Shown here: piece by piece, positions 36,030 through 45,479 of the stretch | How positions within the stretch are numbered: the stretch's first letter is position 1 | How the letters are laid out: every line of letters starts with the position of its first letter | NCBI GenBank assembly: GCA_902805655.1 | Contig: CADCTF010000087.1 | Span: 53,233 to 117,232, forward strand | Direction of reading: 5' to 3' | DNA length: 64,000 bases | Origin: an uncultured Acidimicrobiales bacterium | GTDB lineage: Bacteria; Actinomycetota; Acidimicrobiia; Acidimicrobiales; CADCTF01 | Made by a program: the position numbers and the translations under genes | Notes under the pieces: generated by a model | Databases searched by the model: none | The model's input: the letters and a program-made list of their open reading frames with translations, nothing else | Told to the model about the DNA's origin: nothing

Positions 36030-36916
36030 GGCCGCCCAGGGTACTGACTGCCTTCGTCGGCCAGCCGCAGCACGTGGCGGCCGTAGGCCGAGCTGCGCAT
36101 GCCCTCACCCAGCCGGGCCAGCTGCTCGATGTCGATGAAGCCCATGCGCCACGCCACCTCCTCGATGCAGGCGATCTGCTCGCCTTGGCGGTGCTCGAGC
36201 ACCTGCACGAACTCGCTGGCCTGGAGCAGGCCCTCGGGCGTGCCGGTGTCGAGCCAGGCCATGCCCCGACCCAGGTGCACGAGCTGGGCCGCGCCCCGCT
36301 CGATGTAGTGGTTGTTCACGTCCGCGATCTCGATCTCTCCGCGAGCCGACGGCTTCACGTTGCGACTGATCTCGACGACGTCGTTGTCGTAGAAGTACAG
36401 CCCGGTGATGACGGTGGACGACTTGGGCTTCGCGGGCTTCTCCTCCACCGAGATCAGCCGTCCGCCGGCGTCGACCTCGGCCACCCCGTAGTCCTGGGGG
36501 TTGGTGACCGTGTAGCCGAACAGGGTGCAGCCCGACTGCAGGGCGGAGGCCTCCAGCACCAGCTCCTGCAGGCCGTGGCCATGGAAGACGTTGTCCCCCA
36601 GCACCAGGCAAGCCGTGTCCGAGCCGATGTGGTCCTCCCCCACGAGGAAGGCGTCGGCCAGGCCCTTCGGCTCGTGCTGCACGGCGTAGGTGAAGCTCAT
36701 GCCGAGCTGCGAGCCGTCACCGAGCAGTCGCTGGAAGAGCGGGACGTCCTGCGGGGTCGAGATGAGCAAGATGTCCCGGAGCCCCGCCAGCATCAGGACC
36801 GACAGCGGGTAGTAGATCATCGGCTTGTCGTACACCGGCAACAGCTGCTTGGAGACGGCCATGGTGGCCGGGTACAGCCGGGAGTTCTTGCCGCCGGCGA
36901 GGATGATGCCCTTCAT
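36026..36916 (-). CDS. rfbA: Glucose-1-phosphate thymidylyltransferase
   Basis: MKGIILAGG, SKQLLPVYDKPMIYYPL, LGDN, EEKP, PSARGE, WLDTGT; RBS GGAGGT. Confidence 0.95.
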   Translation of the reverse strand: MKGIILAGGKNSRLYPATMAVSKQLLPVYDKPMIYYPLSVLMLAGLRDILLISTPQDVPLFQRLLGDGSQLGMSFTYAVQHEPKGLADAFLVGEDHIGSDTACLVLGDNVFHGHGLQELVLEASALQSGCTLFGYTVTNPQDYGVAEVDAGGRLISVEEKPAKPKSSTVITGLYFYDNDVVEISRNVKPSARGEIEIADVNNHYIERGAAQLVHLGRGMAWLDTGTPEGLLQASEFVQVLEHRQGEQIACIEEVAWRMGFIDIEQLARLGEGMRSSAYGRHVLRLADEGSQYPGRP

Positions 36917-36967
36917 CGATCTACCTCCACGTCGGGGCCGCGCTGCTGCGTGCAGCACAGCGAACGT

Positions 36968-38419
36968 CTAGCACTGCTCCTCGGGCGGCGCGGCCGGCTC
37001 GGGCGGCGCAGCCGGGGACTGCGGGACCGAGGTGACCGGCGCGGCGGGATCCCCACCCGGTTCGCGCACCCCTCCGAAGTCGGCGCCCGTGGTGAGCACC
37101 ACGTCGACGCCCCGGAGGGTGGGGTCCTCCTTCAGCTCGGCCGGCGCACGGAGGTGGCTCTGCACCAGCAGGGCCTTGTCCCGCTGGCCCGCCCCGTAGG
37201 CCAGCGTCGACTTGGCGTTCCGGAACGACGCCGCGTCGCCCGCGCCGGCGACGTTGTAGCCGAGCGCCCGCAGGCCACCGGCGACCGCGGTGGCCTGCCC
37301 CTCGGCGCCCGAGCCGTTCCGCACCCGCACCCGCACACTGCTCGACGAGATCGCCGGGGGCGCCTCGGTCACCGTCTCGGCCGGCGCGGCCACTCCGTTG
37401 AACTGATCGATCACCGCCTGGGCGTCGGGTTGCTTCATGCGCAGCACCGATGCCCCACCGACGGTGGCCGGCACCGTCGGCATGGTGAGCATCTGAACGG
37501 CCGACGGCTCCAGGGACTTGAAGTGGTAGGCGAGCTTGGCCAGCTCTCCCGGCGAGAACCCGTCGTCGAGCACGACGTTCTGGATGCCGGTGCTCACCAA
37601 CCGGTTCACCGCCACCAGGTCGAGCCCCTTGGCCTTGCGGCCCGACTCGCGCACCACCCTGCGCACGAAGTCCTGCTGGCGCTCGATGCGCCCGATGTCA
37701 CCGCTGCCGTCCACCCGCCAACGGCCGCTCTCGAACTGCTCGTAGTTGCGGCTGCGGACGAAGGCGAGCGCCATCTCGCCGTCGAGCTCGACGCACCCCG
37801 CCTGCGGGATGTCGAGGCCCGACACCTTGTCACGAGCACGCGAGGGCACGTAGATGGGCACGCCGCCCACCGCGTCGACGATGCCGCGAAAGCCGTTGAA
37901 GTCCACCTGCATGTAGTGGTTGATGCCGATGCCGAGGCTCTCGCGGATCGTCAGGATCAGCTGCTCCGGTCCTTCGAGGAACGCGCTGTTGATGCGGTCC
38001 TGGCGCCGGGTGCCGGCGATGGGAAGGTACAGATCGCGAGGGATCGACAACATGGCGGCCTGCTTCGTCCTCGGGTCGACCCGCAGGATGATGATCGTGT
38101 CGCTGCGCTGACCGGTGACCTGGCGGGCGCTCCCGAAGGCCTCCGCCTCCTCCGGGGACAGCGTGGCACGTGTGTCGGACCCGACCAGCAGGACGTTCAT
38201 GACGTCGCCTGGGATCTCTTCGGCTTGGGTGCCGCCACCGCCCCCGAACACCCCGGCCAGGTCGGTGGTGTCGATGCGGCCGTACTGCATGCGCAGGTAC
38301 CCGTAGCCCACGCCGGTGGCGAGGACGCAGAGCGCGACGAAGATGTTGGCGGCGATGAGGAGCCGCCGGGGCCACCGTCGGCGGCGCGCCGGGGGCGCCT
38401 CCTCGAGGGGGTGGGCCAC
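36968..38419 (-). CDS. LCP (LytR-CpsA-Psr) glycopolymer-peptidoglycan ligase with C-terminal LytR_C domain
   Basis: TM anchor, NVLLVGSDTR, RSDT, SIPRD, RINSA, FVRSR, DIGRIERQQ; VRVRNGSG..G.A tail domain. Confidence 0.92.
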   Translation of the reverse strand: MAHPLEEAPPARRRRWPRRLLIAANIFVALCVLATGVGYGYLRMQYGRIDTTDLAGVFGGGGGTQAEEIPGDVMNVLLVGSDTRATLSPEEAEAFGSARQVTGQRSDTIIILRVDPRTKQAAMLSIPRDLYLPIAGTRRQDRINSAFLEGPEQLILTIRESLGIGINHYMQVDFNGFRGIVDAVGGVPIYVPSRARDKVSGLDIPQAGCVELDGEMALAFVRSRNYEQFESGRWRVDGSGDIGRIERQQDFVRRVVRESGRKAKGLDLVAVNRLVSTGIQNVVLDDGFSPGELAKLAYHFKSLEPSAVQMLTMPTVPATVGGASVLRMKQPDAQAVIDQFNGVAAPAETVTEAPPAISSSSVRVRVRNGSGAEGQATAVAGGLRALGYNVAGAGDAASFRNAKSTLAYGAGQRDKALLVQSHLRAPAELKEDPTLRGVDVVLTTGADFGGVREPGGDPAAPVTSVPQSPAAPPEPAAPPEEQC

Positions 38420-38483
38420 GGCGGAAACGCTACTCGCACCCCCCCGTGCGACTGCGGCACCCCCGCGCCTTAGGGTGGCCGGT

Positions 38484-39482
38484 GTGAGCAGCCCGCTGGC
38501 CGTGGTCGGGGGCCGGCTGGCCACCGATCTGGTCGACCTCACCTCCGACCTGAGCGCGCTCGACTCGCACGGCTTCTGGGTGGTCGTGCTGCCGTTCGCG
38601 GGCGAGCCGATCTGTGCTCGGTTCGCCACCGTGCGGCCGGCGCGTCCCTGGCCCGGACCGCGGTGGACGGGCCCGGGCCGCGAGGCGTGGACCACGTCGC
38701 TCGACGGCGAGGCCTTCCGGGCCGGGGTGTCCGCCGTGCGCGACGCGATCGCGGCCGGCGACGTCTACCAGGTCAACCTCTGCCGGATCATGTCCGCCCC
38801 GCTGCCGGACGGAGCCGACGTCGCCGCCCTCGGTGCCGTGCTGGAGCACGGGAACCCGGCGCCCTACGCCGCCGTGGTGCGCATCCCCGCCATCGGCATG
38901 CACGTTGCCTCTGCGTCCCCCGAGCGGTTCCTGCACCGGGCGGGCCGAGCGGTGGAGTCCCAACCCATCAAGGGCACCGCGGCGACAGTCGACGGCTTCC
39001 TCGAGAAGGACCGGGCTGAGAACGTGATGATCGTCGATCTCGTCCGCAACGACCTCGGGCGAGTGTGCGAGTGGGGCTCGGTCACCGTGCCGGGGCTGTG
39101 CGAGGTCGAGCCCCACCCGGGCCTCTTCCACCTGGTGTCGACGGTGCGGGGCCGGTTGCGGGAGGGGCTCGGCTGGCCCGAGCTGATCGGCGCCACCTTC
39201 CCCCCCGGGTCGGTGACGGGAGCCCCGAAGATCGCCGCCCTGCAGATGATCGACCGGCTGGAGCCCGTGCCTCGCGGCCCGTACTGCGGCGCCGTCGGCT
39301 GGGTCGACGCCGACCGGGACGAGGGCGACCTGAACGTGGCCATCCGCACCTTCTGGTTCGACGAGGGCCGGATCCACTTCGGCACGGGCGGCGGCATCAC
39401 TTGGGGGTCGTCGCCCGAAGGAGAGTGGGAGGAGACCGTGCTCAAGGCGCACCGCCTCCTGGGCGTAGCGTCGGCGCCATGA
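38484..39482 (+). CDS. Chorismate-binding protein (PabB/TrpE component I-like)
   Basis: GDVYQVN, SASPERF, PIKGT, KDRAENVMIVDLVRND, PPGSVTGAPK, VAIRT. Confidence 0.88.
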   Translation: MSSPLAVVGGRLATDLVDLTSDLSALDSHGFWVVVLPFAGEPICARFATVRPARPWPGPRWTGPGREAWTTSLDGEAFRAGVSAVRDAIAAGDVYQVNLCRIMSAPLPDGADVAALGAVLEHGNPAPYAAVVRIPAIGMHVASASPERFLHRAGRAVESQPIKGTAATVDGFLEKDRAENVMIVDLVRNDLGRVCEWGSVTVPGLCEVEPHPGLFHLVSTVRGRLREGLGWPELIGATFPPGSVTGAPKIAALQMIDRLEPVPRGPYCGAVGWVDADRDEGDLNVAIRTFWFDEGRIHFGTGGGITWGSSPEGEWEETVLKAHRLLGVASAP

Positions 39483-40300
39483 AGGTCTGGATCAACGGCT
39501 CCGTGCTCGACGAGGCCGACGCTCGCGTGTCGCCCTTCGACCATGGCCTGCTCACGGGTGACGGCGTGTTCGAGACGCTCAAGGTGGTCCGGGGCGGGCC
39601 TTTCGCCGCCCGGCGGCACCTCGAACGGCTCGCCGTGTCGTGTCGTGGCCTCGGCCTGCCCTGCCCCGACCCGGCCCAGATGCGTGAGGCCATGGCCGCC
39701 GTCATCGACGCCAACGGACTGGAGGACGCGCGGCTGCGCATCACGGTGACCGGCGGTCCCTCGCCCCTCGGCAGCGACCGTGGTGACGCCGGACCGATGG
39801 TGGTGGTGGCGGGGGGTCCGCTGGCCGGTTGGCCGGCGTCGACCGACGTGGTGCTGGCGCCCTGGCCCCGCAACGAGCGAGGCGCCCTGGTGGGCATCAA
39901 GACCACGTCCTACGGAGAGAACGTCGTCGCCCTGGCCTACGCCAAGGAGCGGGGCGCCGGCGAGGCCATCTTCGCCAACACGGCCGGCCACCTGTGCGAG
40001 GGCACCGGCAGCAACATCTTCCTGGCCAAGGGCGGCCGGCTCATCACACCGCCGCTCTCCGCCGGCTGCCTGGCCGGTGTCACCCGGGCGCTGGTGACCG
40101 AGACCGTCCACGTCGTGGAAGATTCGGTGCCACTGGCTGCGCTGCTGGAGGCGGACGAGGCGTTCCTCACGTCGAGCACCCGGGAGGTGCAGCCCATCCG
40201 GGCCGTGGACGGTGTCGTGCTGCCGGCGTGCCCCGGCCCCCAGACCCTGGCCGCGGCCGCCGCCTTCAAAGCGCTTGTCGCCCGCACAGTCGACCCGTAG
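39479..40300 (+). CDS. Class IV aminotransferase (4-amino-4-deoxychorismate lyase-like)
   Basis: DHGLLTGDGVFET, HLERL, KTTSY, EGTGSN, LAGVTR. Confidence 0.88.
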   Translation: MKVWINGSVLDEADARVSPFDHGLLTGDGVFETLKVVRGGPFAARRHLERLAVSCRGLGLPCPDPAQMREAMAAVIDANGLEDARLRITVTGGPSPLGSDRGDAGPMVVVAGGPLAGWPASTDVVLAPWPRNERGALVGIKTTSYGENVVALAYAKERGAGEAIFANTAGHLCEGTGSNIFLAKGGRLITPPLSAGCLAGVTRALVTETVHVVEDSVPLAALLEADEAFLTSSTREVQPIRAVDGVVLPACPGPQTLAAAAAFKALVARTVDP

Positions 40301-40358
40301 GATCGCCGGCCCTTTGCCGGCAGCCGGCCGGCGGGGGTAGCCGGAAGGGGGGGCGGGC

Positions 40359-41147
40359 GTGCGGTTGTACTGGGAGGTGCTGCGGCGCGGCTTCCGGCGC
40401 TACAGCACGTATCGGGCCGCCACCCTGGCCGGCCTCTTCACCAACACCGTCTTCGGCTTCCTGAAGGCCTACATCCTCCTGGCCGTCTACGAGCAGCGCG
40501 ACGTGGTGGGCGGCTTCGACGCCACCGACGCCGTCACGTTCAGCTTCGTGACCCAGGGGTTCTTCGTGATGCTGGGCGCAGGGCACCTGGAGCTGGCCGA
40601 CCGCATCCAGAGCGGTGACGTGGTCACCGACCTCTACCGCCCGGTCGACCTCCAGGCCTGGTGGCTGGCCCAGGACCTCGGCCGCATCGCGTTCCAGGTC
40701 GCGCTGCGCGGTTGCGTGCCCTTCCTCGTCGGCTCGCTGGTGTTCGACCTGGACATCACGTCGGACCCGGCGCTCATCGCCGCCTTCGCGCTCAGCGCGC
40801 TGCTCGGCATCGTCGTCAGCTTCGGGCACCGCTTCCTCGTCACGCTGACCACCTTCTGGCTCCTCGACTACCGGGGCACGAGCCAGGTCGCCACGGTCGT
40901 GACGATGTTCTTCTCCGGCATGATCCTGCCGATCGGGTTCTTCCCCGACTGGCTCGAGGCGCTGGCCCGCGCCCTGCCCTACGCAGCCATGCTGCAGCTG
41001 CCCGTCGAGGTCCTGCTGGGCAAGCACACCGGCAGCGACCTCCTGGCCCTGCTCGGAGTGCAGGTCCTGTGGGCGGTGCTGCTCCTCGCCGGCGGTCGGG
41101 TGCTGCTCTCCGCCGCGTCGCGCAAGCTGGTGATCCAGGGTGGCTGA
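40359..41147 (+). CDS. ABC-2 family permease
   Basis: Multi-TM, RIQSGDVVTDLYRP, FFSG..P, ends IQGG. Confidence 0.85.
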   Translation: MRLYWEVLRRGFRRYSTYRAATLAGLFTNTVFGFLKAYILLAVYEQRDVVGGFDATDAVTFSFVTQGFFVMLGAGHLELADRIQSGDVVTDLYRPVDLQAWWLAQDLGRIAFQVALRGCVPFLVGSLVFDLDITSDPALIAAFALSALLGIVVSFGHRFLVTLTTFWLLDYRGTSQVATVVTMFFSGMILPIGFFPDWLEALARALPYAAMLQLPVEVLLGKHTGSDLLALLGVQVLWAVLLLAGGRVLLSAASRKLVIQGG

Positions 41148-41952
41148 GCTGGCGACGACCCTGCACCTCTACCGCGTGCTGGCCGTGGCCAAGGTGCGAG
41201 CCGACTGGCAGTACCGCAGCCAGTTCCTGCTCTACATGACCACCCAGTTCTTCATCACCTTCCTCGACTTCCTACAGATCGCAGTCATCTTCGGCGCGGT
41301 CGACTCGCTGGCGGGCTGGTCGCTCCTGGAGGTGGTCTTCCTCTACGCCACGTCGGGCATGGCCTTCTACCTGGGTGACGCCTTCATCAGCCAGGTCGAG
41401 CGGGTGGGTGGCTACATCAAGGCCGGCACCTTCGACGCCCTGCTCATCCGGCCGGCCGGAACCCTCGTGCAGATCTGCGCCAACGACTTCGCCTTCCGCC
41501 GGCTCGGCAAGCTGCTCCAGGCCTCCATCGTGATGGTGATCGTCCTGGCGCGGCTCGACGTCGAGTGGACCCCTGGGCGGCTCGTGGTCTTCGCGCTGAT
41601 GATCCCGTCCGGCACGGTGATCTTCTCAAGCATCTGGGTGATCGGCGCGTCCATCACCTTCTGGACGGTGGACTCCGGCGAGCTGGCCAACACCTTCACC
41701 TATGGCGGCAACTTCGCCACGCAGTACCCGCTGGACATCCTCGGCACCTGGCTCCGCCGCTTCCTGACGCTCGTGGTGCCGACCGCCTTCGTCAACTACT
41801 TCCCCGCCCTCTACGTCCTCGGCAAGCCCGACCCGTTCGGTGCCCCTGGGTGGGTGCGCTTCATCTCGCCGCTCGTCGCCCTGACGATGGCGGTCGCCGC
41901 CCGAGCCGCCTGGACCGGTGCCGTCCGCCACTACCGCAGCACCGGGAGCTGA
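41140..41952 (+). CDS. ABC-2 family permease
   Basis: Multi-TM, GTFDALLIRP, YPLDI, ends YRSTGS. Confidence 0.85.
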   Translation: MAELATTLHLYRVLAVAKVRADWQYRSQFLLYMTTQFFITFLDFLQIAVIFGAVDSLAGWSLLEVVFLYATSGMAFYLGDAFISQVERVGGYIKAGTFDALLIRPAGTLVQICANDFAFRRLGKLLQASIVMVIVLARLDVEWTPGRLVVFALMIPSGTVIFSSIWVIGASITFWTVDSGELANTFTYGGNFATQYPLDILGTWLRRFLTLVVPTAFVNYFPALYVLGKPDPFGAPGWVRFISPLVALTMAVAARAAWTGAVRHYRSTGS

Positions 41953-41959
41953 GCTGCCC

Positions 41960-42916
41960 ATGACCGCCGTCATCGAGCTCGACCGGGTCTCCAAGGACTT
42001 CGTGGTGATGCGCAAGAAGGGCCGTCTGCGGCGCGAGCGGATGACGGTGGCGGCCGTCGACGACATCAGCCTGCGCATCGACACCGGTGAGCTGGTCGGC
42101 TACATCGGTCCCAACGGCGCCGGGAAGTCGACCACCATCAAGATGCTCACCGGCATCCTCGTGCCGTCGTCGGGGACGGTGCGGGTGGTCGGGCTCGATC
42201 CCCAACGGCGGCGGGTCGAGCTGGCCTCGCGGATCGGTGTCGTGTTCGGCCAGCGCACCCAGCTCTGGTGGGACCTGCCGCTGATCGACTCGTTCGACCT
42301 GCTGCGCCACGTCTACCGGGTGCCCGCCGACCGCCACCGGGCCAACCTCCGCCGCTTCGTCGACCTGCTCGAGCTCGAGCCGTTCCTGCACTCGCCCGTG
42401 CGCCAGCTGTCGCTCGGCCAGCGGATGCGCGGCGACCTGTGCGCCGCGCTGCTGCACGACCCGGCCATCCTCTACCTCGACGAGCCGACCATCGGGCTCG
42501 ACGTGGTCAGCAAGGCACGAGTGCGGGAGTTCCTCGCCCAGGTGAACCGCGACGAGGGCGTCACCATCCTGCTCACCACCCACGACCTCTCCGACGTCGA
42601 GCGGCTGTGCTCCCGCCTCGTCGTGATCGACCACGGCCACGTCATCCACGACGGCACCGTGGCCGAGATCAAGACCATGTTCGGCGACACCCGCACCGTC
42701 GTGGTCGACCTGGAGGAGGCCGGCCCGTCCCTCGTGGTGCCCGGAGCCGAGGTGGTCGAGGTGGACGGCCCTCGCCAGTGGCTGCGCTTCCGCCGATCGG
42801 AGGTCACTGCGGCCGAGGTCATCGCCGCCGTCGTGGGCCAGGCGCGGGTGCGCGACCTCAGCATCGAGGAGCCCGACATCGAGGACGTCGTCACCCGCAT
42901 CTACACGTCGGGCTGA
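41960..42916 (+). CDS. ABC transporter ATP-binding protein
   Basis: GPNGAGKST, FGQRTQLWWDLP, LSLGQ, LDEPT. Confidence 0.92.
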   Translation: MTAVIELDRVSKDFVVMRKKGRLRRERMTVAAVDDISLRIDTGELVGYIGPNGAGKSTTIKMLTGILVPSSGTVRVVGLDPQRRRVELASRIGVVFGQRTQLWWDLPLIDSFDLLRHVYRVPADRHRANLRRFVDLLELEPFLHSPVRQLSLGQRMRGDLCAALLHDPAILYLDEPTIGLDVVSKARVREFLAQVNRDEGVTILLTTHDLSDVERLCSRLVVIDHGHVIHDGTVAEIKTMFGDTRTVVVDLEEAGPSLVVPGAEVVEVDGPRQWLRFRRSEVTAAEVIAAVVGQARVRDLSIEEPDIEDVVTRIYTSG

Positions 42917-42938
42917 GCCCCTCGGTCGGGTGAGGTGC

Positions 42939-43610
42939 TCAGGCCGGCCGCAGGTGGACGACGTCGGCCGCCGTCACCTCGCGGATGCAGACGCCCACGT
43001 CCACCAACAGGTGCCCCTCGGCGGTCACGTCCGCCGCGACGCCGGTGAACGTCTCGTCGACCATCTCGACCCGGACGGCCCGGTCGAGGGTGGTGCAGGC
43101 GTCGCGATAGCCCTTGGCGATCTCGTCCCACCCAGCGTCGTACCACCGCGCGATGCCCTCGAGCAGGCGCTCCAGCACGTCGTCGCGTCGCACGTCCGGA
43201 CCCAGTCGAGCGGCGCCGGGCGGTGCCCAGGCGACGTTGATGCCGATGCCGACCACGACGGCCTCGTCGGTCACCTCGGCCAGCACGCCGGCGAGCTTCT
43301 CGTCGCCCACCATCACGTCGTTGGGCCACTTCAGGCCGGCCTCGACGCCGGCCGCCCCACGGCAGGCGTCGAGCGCGGCGAGCGACACACAGGCCACGAC
43401 GAGATGCGACACCCGGTCCGGCCGCAGCAGCACCGAGCACAGCACGTTGGCCCCCGGAGGCGCCTCCCAGGTGCGCCCCAGACGCCCCCGCCCGGCGGTC
43501 TGGACGTCGGCCACGGCCACCATGCCCTCAGGCGCCCCGGCCCGCGCCTGCGCCGTGAGCCAGGTGTTGGTGGAGTCGATCTCGGCGAAGCGGTGGACGT
43601 CCCAGCGCAT
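42939..43610 (-). CDS. birA: Biotin--[acetyl-CoA carboxylase] ligase (no N-terminal HTH)
   Basis: DSTN, QTAGRGRLGRTW, KWPND, KLAGVL, GIGIN. Confidence 0.93.
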   Translation of the reverse strand: MRWDVHRFAEIDSTNTWLTAQARAGAPEGMVAVADVQTAGRGRLGRTWEAPPGANVLCSVLLRPDRVSHLVVACVSLAALDACRGAAGVEAGLKWPNDVMVGDEKLAGVLAEVTDEAVVVGIGINVAWAPPGAARLGPDVRRDDVLERLLEGIARWYDAGWDEIAKGYRDACTTLDRAVRVEMVDETFTGVAADVTAEGHLLVDVGVCIREVTAADVVHLRPA

Positions 43611-43630
43611 CCGCTTACGATACGCAGGCC

Positions 43631-45430
43631 ATGTTCGGAAAAGTCCTCATCGCCAACCGCGGCGAGATCGCCGTGCGGGTCATCCGCACCTGCCGCGAGC
43701 TCGGAATCGCCACCGTCGCCGTGTACTCAGACCTCGATCGAGATGCGCTCCACGTGCGCCTGGCCGACGAGGCCTACGCCCTCGGCGGCACCACGGCCGC
43801 CGAGAGCTACCTCAACACCGAGAAGATCCTCGAGACCATCAAGCGCAGCGGGGCCGAGGCGGTGCACCCGGGCTACGGCTTCTTCTCGGAGAACACCGAC
43901 TTCGCCCGGGCCATCACCGACATGGGGGTCACCTTCATCGGCCCGCCCCCCGGGGCCATCGAGATCATGGGTGACAAGATCTCGAGCCGGGTGGCGGCCG
44001 AGGAGGCCGGCGTGTCGGGCGTGCCGGGCGACAACACGGTGCTCACCGACCCCCAGCAGGTCATCGACTTCGGCACCGCCCAGGGCTGGCCGGTCGCCAT
44101 CAAGGCCGCCTTCGGCGGCGGTGGACGCGGCATGCGGGTGGTGCACAGCGCCGAGGAGGCAGCGGGCGCGCTCGAGTCGGCGCAGTCGGAGTCGCTGAAG
44201 GGCTTCGGGCGCAGCGAGTGCTACGTCGAGCGCTACCTCACCTGGCCCCGCCACGTGGAGATGCAGGTGTTCGCCGACACCCACGGCAACACGATCTGGA
44301 TCGGCGAGCGCGACTGCTCGTGCCAACGCCGGCACCAGAAGCTCATCGAGGAGTCCCCCGCGCCCGACTTCCCCGACGAGATCCGCCAGGCGATGGGAGC
44401 GGCCGCGGTGAAGGTGGCGGAGGCGTGTGGCTACATCAACGCCGGCACCGTCGAGTTCCTCTACCAGGACGGTGAGTTCTTCTTCCTGGAGATGAACACG
44501 CGCCTCCAGGTGGAGCACCCCGTCACCGAGCTCACCGTCGGCCTCGACCTGGTCGAGCTGCAGCTGCGGGTGGCGGCCGGCGAGGCGATCCCCTACTCGC
44601 AGGACGAGATCGCCGCCCGGCGCAACGGCCACGCCATGGAGGCCCGCATCAACGCCGAGGACCCGGCCGGCGGCAGGTTCCTGCCGTCCCCCGGCAAGAT
44701 CACCCGGTTCCGCCGCCCCGACGGCTTCGGCGTGCGCACCGATGCCGGCTACGACGAAGGTGACGAGGTCAGCCAGTACTACGACAACCTGGTGGCCAAG
44801 CTCATCGTCTGGGGCACCGACCGTGACCAGGCCCGGCGCCGGCTGATCCGGGCCCTCGAGGAGACGGAGATCGAGGGCGTGGCCACCACGATCCCGGCCC
44901 ATCTCGCCATCCTCCGTCACCCCGACTTCGCCGCCGGTCAGCACTCCACCAAGTGGGTGGAGGACCGCCTCGACCTGTCGGGGATCGCCGCACCCGTTCT
45001 CGGGGGACCCGTCGAGGGCGCCGACGGCGAGACCAAGGTCCAGCGCGACGTCGACGTCGAGGTGGACGGGCGCCGCTACTCGGTGAAGGTCTGGGTGCCC
45101 GAAGGAGTGGCCGCAGCCGCACCGGTCGGCGCCGGGCCGGGCGCAGGTGGGAAGGCGGCCGGGGGCACGCGTCCGGCCCGTACCCGAGGTGCGGCGGCCG
45201 GCGGGGCTGCAGGCAGTGGCAACGTCACGGTGCCCATGCAGGGCACCATCGTCAAGGTCTTGGTGGCGGTGGGCGACACGGTCGAGGTCGGCCAACCCAT
45301 CTGCATCCTCGAGGCCATGAAGATGGAGAACCACGTGAACGCCGAGCGGGCGGGCACGATCAAGGAGATCCTGGCCGCCGCCGGTCAAGCCGTCGCCACC
45401 GGCGACGTGGTCGCGGTCATCGGCGACTGA
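43631..45430 (+). CDS. Acyl-CoA carboxylase alpha subunit (biotin carboxylase + BCCP)
   Basis: LIANRGEIA, HPGYGF, GGGGRGM, QRRHQK, EMNTRLQVEH, EAMKM. Confidence 0.95.
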   Translation: MFGKVLIANRGEIAVRVIRTCRELGIATVAVYSDLDRDALHVRLADEAYALGGTTAAESYLNTEKILETIKRSGAEAVHPGYGFFSENTDFARAITDMGVTFIGPPPGAIEIMGDKISSRVAAEEAGVSGVPGDNTVLTDPQQVIDFGTAQGWPVAIKAAFGGGGRGMRVVHSAEEAAGALESAQSESLKGFGRSECYVERYLTWPRHVEMQVFADTHGNTIWIGERDCSCQRRHQKLIEESPAPDFPDEIRQAMGAAAVKVAEACGYINAGTVEFLYQDGEFFFLEMNTRLQVEHPVTELTVGLDLVELQLRVAAGEAIPYSQDEIAARRNGHAMEARINAEDPAGGRFLPSPGKITRFRRPDGFGVRTDAGYDEGDEVSQYYDNLVAKLIVWGTDRDQARRRLIRALEETEIEGVATTIPAHLAILRHPDFAAGQHSTKWVEDRLDLSGIAAPVLGGPVEGADGETKVQRDVDVEVDGRRYSVKVWVPEGVAAAAPVGAGPGAGGKAAGGTRPARTRGAAAGGAAGSGNVTVPMQGTIVKVLVAVGDTVEVGQPICILEAMKMENHVNAERAGTIKEILAAAGQAVATGDVVAVIGD

Positions 45431-45479
45431 GCCGCCACACGCGCCGGTGGTCCGGAGCGGGTGGCGGGGCAGCACGGGC

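Noticed and set aside
38484-42916. PabB/PabC-like pair plus ABC-2 exporter as a secondary-metabolite cluster
   Set aside because: No synthase or tailoring genes; both modules are common in Actinobacteria.
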